From positions 15,533 to 47,532 of the forward strand of contig JAJZZO010000001.1 in assembly GCA_021797495.1 (NCBI GenBank): a stretch of DNA of 32,000 nucleotides, given 5' to 3'. Under the pieces are notes generated by a model, which was not told the DNA's origin, searched no databases, and worked only from the letters and a program-made list of their open reading frames with translations. This document shows, in pieces, positions 16,876 to 23,948 of this stretch. Position numbers and translations under genes: made by a program. Source of the DNA: Candidatus Micrarchaeota archaeon (GTDB lineage Archaea > Micrarchaeota > Micrarchaeia > Micrarchaeales > Micrarchaeaceae). The stretch's first letter is position 1. Every line of letters begins with the position of its first letter.

Positions 16876-18171
16876 ATGGATTTGGGAGAAGGCATAAGGA
16901 AGGCAATGGCTAAACTGTCGCGAGCCACCATAATAGACGCAAAAACCATAAAGGAGTTCAACAAGGAGCTTCAAAAGACGCTCATAAGCAACGACGTGGA
17001 CGTGGCGCTAGTACTGAAACTAACGAACAGCATAGAAAGCAAGGCACTAAAGTCAAACCCGCCTGCCGGGGTGTCTCCTCACGATTATATAACGGACATA
17101 GTATACAACGAACTCGTATCCTTCATGGGGAGTACATACGAGCCGGAGCTCAGACCAAAAAGGATAATGCTCCTAGGGTTATACGGCTCAGGAAAGACCA
17201 CAACGGCGGCCAAGCTCGCAAAATATTACCAGGACAGGGGTTTGAGCGCAGGCCTCATATGTTGCGACGTTACAAGGCCTTCGGCATACGAGCAATTGGA
17301 AACCCTCGCATCGCAGGCAAACGTGGCTTTCTTTGGCGTTAAGGGAAGCACCGACGCAAGCAATATAGCGAAAGCTGGCATGGAAGCCCTTAAAGGTAAG
17401 CAGGTGGTGATATGCGACACAAGCGGCAGGAATTCGATAAACGAGCAACTGATAAAGGAACTCAAGGACATAAACAGGGAATTCAAGCCAGACGAGACCA
17501 TACTGGTCCTCAGCGCTGACATAGGCCAGGTGGCTGGGCGCCTTGCCAACGAGTTCAGCGAGGCTGTGGGAATAAGCGGTTTGATAATAACCAAGATGGA
17601 TGGTTCAGGCAAGGGAGGAGGTGCACTAAGCGCCGCCAATGCAGCCAATGCAAAAGTCATGTTCATAGGTAGCGGCGAAAAACTCTCCGATATCGAACCG
17701 TATAACTCCGAAAGGTTCATAGGTTCGCTACTTGGAATGCCGGACATAGCCAACTTGTTGGAGAAAGTGCAAAGCGCGGTAGCCGCGGAGAATATAAATC
17801 CGGAAGAGGTGGAAGTGGAAAAGCTGAATTTCGAGAGCTTTTACGCACAGCTTAAAGCCTTGAACAGGATGGGTCCGCTCAAGAACGTTTTTGGAATGCT
17901 GGGCGCTTCCGACATGCCGAAAGACGTCGTGGAAAAGGGTGAGGAGAAGCTTAGCAAGTACAAGGTGATAATATCATCAATGACTAAAGCGGAGCGCCAT
18001 GACGAAAAGCTTTTGCATCAGGATGGCCGCATAAGGAGGATAGCGTTGGGAAGCGGCACTTCGGAAAAAGAGGTTAGGGAATTGCTGGCAGACTTTGCAA
18101 AGATGAAAAAGTCTTTCAACATGCTCAAGAACGACAGGAATATGAAGAGATTCATGTCCAAGTTTTCGTGA
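16876..18171 (+). CDS. srp54: Signal recognition particle protein SRP54
   Basis: N domain MDLGEGIRKAMAKL. G domain LLGLYGSGKTTTAAKLA, CDTSGR, TKMDGSGKGGGALS. M domain with MGPLKNVFGMLG. ATG 16876 is preferred over the track TTG 16861. Confidence 0.95.
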   Translation: MDLGEGIRKAMAKLSRATIIDAKTIKEFNKELQKTLISNDVDVALVLKLTNSIESKALKSNPPAGVSPHDYITDIVYNELVSFMGSTYEPELRPKRIMLLGLYGSGKTTTAAKLAKYYQDRGLSAGLICCDVTRPSAYEQLETLASQANVAFFGVKGSTDASNIAKAGMEALKGKQVVICDTSGRNSINEQLIKELKDINREFKPDETILVLSADIGQVAGRLANEFSEAVGISGLIITKMDGSGKGGGALSAANAANAKVMFIGSGEKLSDIEPYNSERFIGSLLGMPDIANLLEKVQSAVAAENINPEEVEVEKLNFESFYAQLKALNRMGPLKNVFGMLGASDMPKDVVEKGEEKLSKYKVIISSMTKAERHDEKLLHQDGRIRRIALGSGTSEKEVRELLADFAKMKKSFNMLKNDRNMKRFMSKFS

Positions 18172-18187
18172 ATAAAAAAGAAAAAAA

Positions 18188-18228
18188 AGAAAAAGAGCAA
18201 ATAAGGTAACAACCTTATCTCTTTTTCT
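18188..18228. terminator. Bidirectional hairpin plus oligo-A/T tracts between the convergent srp54 and mini-ORF
   Basis: agaaaaagag (18188-97) pairs with ctctttttct (18219-28), and ataaggt (18201-07) pairs with accttat (18212-18), with loop aaca. There is a T-tract downstream on the plus strand. Long T-tracts lie on the minus strand (plus-strand A-runs 18173-18197). Confidence 0.5.
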
Positions 18229-18307
18229 TAGAAGACTTTGACTTTGATTTCGGCTTCGCTTTCTTTGAGCTTTTCTTCGAAGCCTTCTTTTTTGCTGCCT
18301 TTGCCAT
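18215..18307 (-). CDS. 30-aa Lys/Ser-rich basic mini-protein (candidate small ORF)
   Basis: Below the ORF-track cutoff. Encodes MAKAAKKKASKKSSKKAKPKSKSKSSKKKR. A TATA-like element (plus-strand tataaaaaat, about 18340-18349) lies about 35-40 nt upstream on the minus strand. Strong oligo-T follows the stop on the minus strand. Confidence 0.35.
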   Translation of the reverse strand: MAKAAKKKASKKSSKKAKPKSKSKSSKKKR

Positions 18308-18400
18308 TTATCTCACTTTTAAATCTATCATACTACAAAAGTAATCTATAAAAAATGTACTTAATAAAATAAAGTATAAAGTGGATTAAATTTTATCTAG

Positions 18401-18410
18401 ATATATAAAA
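18401..18410 (+). promoter_or_regulatory. TATA-box-like element upstream of the DRG GTPase gene
   Basis: atatataaaa lies about 35 nt upstream of ATG 18445 and only about 14 nt from ATG 18424. This favours 18445 as the start codon. Confidence 0.4.
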
Positions 18411-18444
18411 TTTACTAAAATAAATGAAATTTATCAGTGTAACA

Positions 18445-19548
18445 ATGGACAAGAAAGAGATTGCAAGCCAAAGGCTGGAAGAGCTTGAAGAAGAGCTTTC
18501 GAAAACAAAAGACAACAAGGCCACCAACAAGCACCTCGCAAAGCTGCGTTCCAAGGTCGCCGAAGCCAAGCGCGACCTTGTAGAAGCCGGAAAACGCCAG
18601 CACGGCAAGGGATTTTTCATAAAGAAAACCGGGGACGCCACGGTTTCCCTGCTCGGCTTTCCAAGTGCGGGAAAGTCGTCCCTATTGAACATGCTTACCA
18701 ATTCCAGGTCAAAAACGGCAGCCTACGCCTTTACGACGACCACCATAATACCAGGGACAATGCTTTATAACGGGGCGCACATACAGATCCTTGACATGCC
18801 AGGCATAATCGAAGATGCCCATCTGGGCAAGGGCGGTGGCAAAGCCGTGATAGCGCAGATGCGCGTATCCAATCTTGTGGTGTTTGTAATAGACGCTACG
18901 AACACATGGCAGCTCGATTCATTGATGGATGAGCTAAAAGGACTGAACATACACATAAACGAGGAAAAACCAAGGATTTCGGTAATAGAAAGAAAGGAGG
19001 CAAACGGCATAATGGTCGAAGTCAACAAATCAGGTATGTCTGCGGACGATATAAAGGAGATACTTAATGCATTCGGGATATACAAGGCAATCGTAAAGAT
19101 ATGGGATAAGGTAAGCGAGGATGACATGATTGCGATAATATCAGAAAAGGCGTACTACATGCGCGGCATAATAGCCCTGAACAAGGTTGATCTGGTAGCT
19201 GATGGCAACGCCCTTGCAATGGAGCTCTCAAAACGTTATGGTATGCACTCTTTTCCGATAAGTGCTACAACAGGGCACGGGGTAAGCGCACTAAAGAATG
19301 GCATATATGAAAATTTGGGCATAATGAGGATATTCCTCAAACCAAAAGTGGGTGGTAACTCCGAACCGATAATAATACGCAAGGGTGCAAGCGTCGGTGA
19401 ACTTGCGTCAAAGATACATACATCAATAATAGATGAGCTCAAATGCGCGTTCGTAGAAGGCCCCAGCGTCAAATTCAGGAACCAAAGAGTGGGCATAAAG
19501 CACGCATTAAAGGATGGTGACACGGTTACATTCATAAAGGAACGCTGA
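18445..19548 (+). CDS. DRG/Obg-family GTP-binding protein with C-terminal TGS domain
   Basis: MDKKEIASQRLEELEEELSKTKDNKATNKHLAKLRSKVAEAKRDL is a DRG-type N-terminus. G1 GFPSAGKSSLLN, G3 DMPGII, NKVD, and a C-terminal TGS-like LKDGDTVTF. The track start 18424 adds 7 aa. Confidence 0.9.
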   Translation: MDKKEIASQRLEELEEELSKTKDNKATNKHLAKLRSKVAEAKRDLVEAGKRQHGKGFFIKKTGDATVSLLGFPSAGKSSLLNMLTNSRSKTAAYAFTTTTIIPGTMLYNGAHIQILDMPGIIEDAHLGKGGGKAVIAQMRVSNLVVFVIDATNTWQLDSLMDELKGLNIHINEEKPRISVIERKEANGIMVEVNKSGMSADDIKEILNAFGIYKAIVKIWDKVSEDDMIAIISEKAYYMRGIIALNKVDLVADGNALAMELSKRYGMHSFPISATTGHGVSALKNGIYENLGIMRIFLKPKVGGNSEPIIIRKGASVGELASKIHTSIIDELKCAFVEGPSVKFRNQRVGIKHALKDGDTVTFIKER

Positions 19549-19617
19549 ATCTTTCCGGAACACGCTCTGAATGATAAGAATATATACTTTTTATCCTATA
19601 AATGGATTGGCGTTTGT

Positions 19618-20058
19618 ATGGCTATAAAATATTGGGAATTCGAAGACGCTCCGTTCAAAGAGAAGGTCAAAAATCCTAAAGTAGCCGAAATCGCACGCAT
19701 ATTCTTTGACAACGAAACGGAAGCATACCGCTTTGCCACTTTGCTGGGCTTGGCAAAGAAAAGCGGCTTAAGGCTGAAGGATGTCCCGGATAATATACCG
19801 ATAGCTACAGCGAAGAGATACCTTGACTATGCTGTCCAGATAGGTTTGCTAAAGCACGAAAATTCGGTATACGAGCTCACGGACAGGTATACAAAACCAT
19901 TGCGCAACATAGCAGCATACATAAAGGCGTGGATGGATTCCAATTCCGAAGAAGACCTCGCCATAGAGTTTGTAAATGCAAAACAGGAAAAGCAAAACAA
20001 GCGCGGCGGCAGGAATGCCAACGCAGACACGGATACGGGCCCGGCGGGAATATCATAG
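19618..20058 (+). CDS. Hypothetical protein, possible winged-helix DNA-binding fold
   Basis: 146-aa ORF with TATA-like sequences 15-35 nt upstream, so possibly leaderless. IATAKRYLDYAVQIGLLKHENSVYELTDRY resembles a recognition helix plus wing. The last ~7 codons overlap the antisense tRNA 3' exon and intron. Confidence 0.5.
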   Translation: MAIKYWEFEDAPFKEKVKNPKVAEIARIFFDNETEAYRFATLLGLAKKSGLRLKDVPDNIPIATAKRYLDYAVQIGLLKHENSVYELTDRYTKPLRNIAAYIKAWMDSNSEEDLAIEFVNAKQEKQNKRGGRNANADTDTGPAGIS

Positions 20059-20143
20059 GCTTAGCGATTGCCAATTCCATATTTTGAACCCGCGACCGTC
20101 AGCTTAGAAGGCTGCTGCTCTGTCCAAGCTGAGCTACGGGCCC
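20036..20143 (-). tRNA. tRNA-Arg (anticodon UCU) with a ~33-nt intron in the T-loop
   Basis: Minus strand reads GGGCCCG-TA-GCTC-AGCTTGGACA-GAGC-A-GCAGC-CTTCTAA-GCTGA-CGGTC-GCGGG-TTCAAA..[intron]..T-CCCGC-CGGGCCC-G. The 7-bp acceptor stem is perfect (20143-20137 with 20043-20037). The T stem GCGGG (20093-20089) pairs with CCCGC (20048-20044), but 40 nt lie between the arms instead of 7. No CCA is encoded. Confidence 0.85.
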
Positions 20144-20944
20144 TTAAATCCGTCGAATTAGATTGTGTACGCTAATATTAAAGAACCTTTTTGTATTGTC
20201 CGCAATCGCCACGGCGCAGCTCTCAAAATCCATACCTTTTGCTTTCGCTATGAGCATTACCGATTTGTCTATGTCATAAATATGCATGCCTGCAGTTGGA
20301 GAATCGGTTTCTGCCATTATGTTCGCTATCGGAAGCGCTGTAATCGCATCCATTCTTTTAGCGGAATGCATAGGCGGTATCGATACCATAAAACCAAGGC
20401 TTTCAACGCGTTTTGCCTGTTTGGCATTCCCTTCAAAAAAATGTATGTGCGCCTTTTTTATGCCTGTGTTTTCAAGTATGTCCAGAACGTCGTCAATCGC
20501 TTCGCGCGAATGCACGCTTACGGGTTTGTCGAGCTCTATTGCCAGTTCCACGAACCTCTTAAAAAGCTCTTTTTGCTTGTTCTTTTCGTTTTCGTCTTTT
20601 GCAAACGCATAATCAAGGCCTATTTCCCCTATGGCTTTCACGCTCTTGCTGTTGGCCTTTATCAGGTTTATATTATACTCTATTTCCTCCTTGTTTATCT
20701 TTGCGGCGTTTTCCGGGTGTATCCCCAACGCCGGAAATATCCCAGTCCTGTTGTTCAATCCCAATACGGACATGTTCGAGGCGGTATCAACGCCATTTAC
20801 AACCAGTGCTGTGACTCCGCGCGCCATCGCCGTGTCAAGCTCTTCATCGCTAAGCATATCTGCATGGCAGTGCGCATCTAGGAGCTCCAGCCTCTGCTTA
20901 TACTTCATCTCGTCTTTTTTGGTGCTTATCTGTGCGAACGCCAT
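20144..20944 (-). CDS. tatD: TatD-family metal-dependent hydrolase/DNase
   Basis: LLDAHCHADML, IGEIGLDY, VSVHSREA, HIHFFEGN and AETDSP are the TatD/amidohydrolase metal-ligand motifs. The start is ambiguous (TTG 20974, ATG 20944, ATG 20908). The stop TAA at 20144-20146 directly abuts tRNA nucleotide 1. Confidence 0.88.
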   Translation of the reverse strand: MAFAQISTKKDEMKYKQRLELLDAHCHADMLSDEELDTAMARGVTALVVNGVDTASNMSVLGLNNRTGIFPALGIHPENAAKINKEEIEYNINLIKANSKSVKAIGEIGLDYAFAKDENEKNKQKELFKRFVELAIELDKPVSVHSREAIDDVLDILENTGIKKAHIHFFEGNAKQAKRVESLGFMVSIPPMHSAKRMDAITALPIANIMAETDSPTAGMHIYDIDKSVMLIAKAKGMDFESCAVAIADNTKRFFNISVHNLIRRI

Positions 20945-21090
20945 GGTGCTAACCCCGCTACTATAATAAACCAAGATTACTATGTTAAAAAATACCCGGT
21001 TAAAGGCATAAATATATTTATCTCAAAATATTAATAATAAGTGTTCTGGTATGCATAACACAAACCGGGTTTTTCAAGAGAGGTCTAAAA

Positions 21091-22053
21091 ATGGCACGTA
21101 GAAGCAGCAGCGCAAAGGTAAAGTCGCTTGTAAGGCAGAAAAATTATTACAAGGCAAGCACAATAATACTTTTAATTATTGTACTGGTCCTTGCTCTGGC
21201 GTTAATCAATCCGTTCAAGCCGCAAAAGCTCAACTTCGGCTCAAGGCTGACCAATATAGATGCGCCATTCAGCCAGCAGTATCTATCAATAATAAACAAT
21301 GCACCCAATTCATATTTTAACACTGCAGCTTTGAAGCTCCTAAACGGTTCTCTTACTGATGAAATACTGGATACTCCTCCAACCGCTCTTGCAAACAAAC
21401 CGTTCACTGTAAACGGAAAGCCGAGCGTGATATATATAGGTGCGATATCCTGCGTGTTCTGCGGTGAAAACAGATGGGCGATGGCTCTGGCTCTATCGCG
21501 CTTTGGCAATTTCTCAAATCTTTACGAAGGCTACAGCAGCTTCGGTGATCATGACCTGCCAACCATATATTGGATCAAGGACAATTACACAACTCCAGAA
21601 GGCGTAGGTTTTGGAAATTCCTACAACAGCAAATACATAAATTTCATATCTGCGGATTATGAATCTCCGATAGTTGACGGGTTCGAGGTGCAGCCGTTAT
21701 CCTATTTTGTAAGCCAGGCACCCAATTCTACTTATAGGTCGGCAATGTCATTTATGAATTCGACCAACGATTTCCAGGGGACGCCGTTCACCCTATGGGG
21801 CAATGTCATAGTCCCTGGGGCAACAGGCATAGTTTTCGGGAATACCACTCCGACAACACCCACACTCCCATTGACAAACGAAACCCACGCACAGGTTTTG
21901 TTGCAACTCAAGAACTTCAATGATCAATTCGCGTGGGGCGAGTATGCCGCAGCGGATGTATACATAGCGTACCTATGCCCTACGCTGAACAATACCCCTT
22001 CGGTTTGCCAGCTCCCAGGGATAAAAGCGCTGGAAGCCAAAATGGGTCTTTGA
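21091..22053 (+). CDS. Membrane-anchored extracytoplasmic DUF929-like thioredoxin-fold protein with CxxC
   Basis: Basic N-terminus plus TM helix (ASTIILLIIVLVLALALI). Then GKPSVIYIGAISCVFCGENRWAMALALSRFGNFSNL, which I recall as the DUF929 core (CxxC followed by RW..ALsRFG). A second Cys pair is at CPTLNNTPSVC. Confidence 0.65.
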   Translation: MARRSSSAKVKSLVRQKNYYKASTIILLIIVLVLALALINPFKPQKLNFGSRLTNIDAPFSQQYLSIINNAPNSYFNTAALKLLNGSLTDEILDTPPTALANKPFTVNGKPSVIYIGAISCVFCGENRWAMALALSRFGNFSNLYEGYSSFGDHDLPTIYWIKDNYTTPEGVGFGNSYNSKYINFISADYESPIVDGFEVQPLSYFVSQAPNSTYRSAMSFMNSTNDFQGTPFTLWGNVIVPGATGIVFGNTTPTTPTLPLTNETHAQVLLQLKNFNDQFAWGEYAAADVYIAYLCPTLNNTPSVCQLPGIKALEAKMGL

Positions 22054-22581
22054 ATGAGCGTTTTCAAAACATTTGAATCCATATACATAAAAAAGCCCAG
22101 ATATATCGCCTTGAATGCGATAGCGTTAGTTGCTTATTATTTCATAATGCGCAGCCTTGTGCTGTTAAACAACAAGATAATACTTTTCAACGGTGCAATA
22201 TCGCAATATGCCTTTTACAGCATAGCTATCACCTCTTCGGTGTTGGTCACGATTGCTGTATTTTCTGCATTCAACACAAGGAACAACAAGGCCAAAGTTT
22301 CCGCATCTGCCTCAGGCAGCGCAATAGCCGTAGCCGGGAGCTTCGCGGTTAGCTGCGGGTGCAGCTTCTCAATGCTTTCGTACCTCGCAGTGCTTGGAAT
22401 AAGTTCAGGGTCTATAATAAGCATTGACGGCGCAATAGCCACATACCAGACGCCATTGATACTGGCTGCACTGCTTTTGAATGTCATAATAATAGCGTAC
22501 TATTTCAACAAGCTTTCAAAGCCCATATGTTCAATAAAATCTGCAAGACGCAGAAAACAAAATAAGAGACGCAGTAAATAA
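22054..22581 (+). CDS. 4-TM membrane protein with intramembrane CGC motif, family unknown
   Basis: ATG immediately follows the upstream TGA (tgaatg at 22051-22056). Four hydrophobic segments. SFAVSCGCSFSML lies in TM3. An additional Cys (PICS) and a basic tail ARRRKQNKRRSK are present. Confidence 0.7.
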   Translation: MSVFKTFESIYIKKPRYIALNAIALVAYYFIMRSLVLLNNKIILFNGAISQYAFYSIAITSSVLVTIAVFSAFNTRNNKAKVSASASGSAIAVAGSFAVSCGCSFSMLSYLAVLGISSGSIISIDGAIATYQTPLILAALLLNVIIIAYYFNKLSKPICSIKSARRRKQNKRRSK

Positions 22582-22823
22582 ATCGCCCATATCTATGGGG
22601 GTGTTCCACGGTCTGGACAATGCAGCATAACAACAATTTTGTCGACAACCATACGTTTGCCTCACTGCAAGGTGATTAGACGAAGACAAGAAAAGCCAAA
22701 AGCGATCCAATAAATGCAAAGAAGCGCAAAAAGGCAAACTCTAAAGCAGGTTCCACAAATCCTAAAGCGAAGTCAGGTTTAAAACAGTCTAAAAAAGCGA
22801 AGAGACACGTTAAAAAACAACCG

Positions 22824-23831
22824 TTGGCCAAGCGCAAGCAGCATCCCAAAATTCCAAAAGCAAAAAAAGTACAAAAGCAAATGCCACAATTCTATCCTGA
22901 TGCACCAGAGTCGTATTATCACGCCTTGGTAAAAACCCTGTCTTCCGAAGTGCAACCGCGTGAGGGTTCTGTATCTGCAGAATCAATAATGTTCTCAAAG
23001 CTTCTGGCGCTCTCAGCCATAAGGGACGAAGAACAATACAAAGCGGGTTTCAGGATTGGAAAGCTCTACTACGCTAAAGCATACAAGCCCGCGAAGTACA
23101 AGTGGTACGAGGACGCCATCCCGATTCTAATGTCACTTTTACAGCATTTGGGATATAAAGCAACATACCGGATGTCGAGCTTGGGCAATCCCATTATAAC
23201 CTTAAAACAGTCGCACAGCATATACCTGGGTTACGATATGCATTCCTTCGAATCCGGAATCATCTCTGGTTTTCTAAGCAGGGCAAAAAACTCATACGTG
23301 CGCATGTACGAACGCGAATGTTCCTGCAATGGTTACGAGGAATGCGTTTTCGGGCCCGGAGTGCAATCAAGGCAGACCATGGATTCTGCAATTCTGCTAA
23401 AGCGCTTTGCATTGCATCTGCAAGGATCACACTTAAAAGCAGTACACAACGATTTCTCTCCGGCATACAACGCCGTCATACTCGCTCCCATAAAACACGC
23501 AAAAGTCCAGTACAGCAGCATGTATCTGCTTGGTGAATATGTGCAAAATGAATTCGGCTTTCTTAATACCAACACACTTCCAGTACGCATGATTATGGAG
23601 ATTATAAAGAAAGTATCGGCATATGAAAGCTTAGAAAGTTCCGAAGGTTCGGTAAGCATGGTGTTTGACCCGCTGAATTCAGATTCTAGCTATATAGAAT
23701 CCCTTTCCCAGTTCATAAAAGGGCTCACAGGCAATATCGCAACCGTGTCGCAAGGGCTTTCGGATTCTGGGCTCAACTACACACTCACCATCGACTTCGG
23801 CGCAAAGCTTTTAAAACTGAAGAATAAATAA
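22824..23831 (+). CDS. Hypothetical protein with V4R-like (4-vinyl reductase type) domain and Lys-rich N-terminus
   Basis: HSFESGIISGFLSRAKNSYVRMYERECSCNGYEECVF fits the V4R C-terminal pattern (G..G......v.v.E..C...G...C.F). The start is uncertain (TTG 22824 or ATG 22881). Confidence 0.55.
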   Translation: MAKRKQHPKIPKAKKVQKQMPQFYPDAPESYYHALVKTLSSEVQPREGSVSAESIMFSKLLALSAIRDEEQYKAGFRIGKLYYAKAYKPAKYKWYEDAIPILMSLLQHLGYKATYRMSSLGNPIITLKQSHSIYLGYDMHSFESGIISGFLSRAKNSYVRMYERECSCNGYEECVFGPGVQSRQTMDSAILLKRFALHLQGSHLKAVHNDFSPAYNAVILAPIKHAKVQYSSMYLLGEYVQNEFGFLNTNTLPVRMIMEIIKKVSAYESLESSEGSVSMVFDPLNSDSSYIESLSQFIKGLTGNIATVSQGLSDSGLNYTLTIDFGAKLLKLKNK

Positions 23832-23938
23832 CCTAAAATGCAGGCGTTTCAGTCTAAACAAGGCTGCAAATGATATTTACTGGGCATTAGGTGCGGTTGC
23901 CCATGCCCGAATGTCTGGGATAAATCAGAACATAAAAC

Positions 23939-23944
23939 GGAGGT
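23939..23944 (+). promoter_or_regulatory. Shine-Dalgarno-like GGAGGT upstream of secY
   Basis: ggaggt is separated from ATG 23949 by aata. Confidence 0.5.
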
Positions 23945-23948
23945 AATA

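Noticed and set aside
20036-20143. tRNA as an integration hotspot or genomic-island boundary
   Set aside because: No integrase, direct repeat of the tRNA 3' end, or compositional break was seen on either side within the window.
17188-20881. Antisense ORFs in srp54, the DRG gene and tatD (17226..17753, 18393..18701, 18765..19127, 19236..19535, 20165..20881, 20286..20966)
   Set aside because: They lie opposite well-supported conserved genes and have low-complexity Ser/Leu/Phe-rich or Arg/Cys-rich products.
22677-22823. 48-codon stop-free Lys-rich in-frame extension upstream of the V4R-like ORF, reachable from ATG 22714 if the A5 run at 22728-22732 were A6
   Set aside because: There is no canonical start in frame and no TATA-like element upstream of 22714, whereas tttaaaa at 22778 suits the 22824/22881 starts. 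An A-rich spacer readily yields Lys-rich open frames. It is noted only because it mirrors the A-run offset at 25791; systematic homopolymer errors should be checked in the reads.
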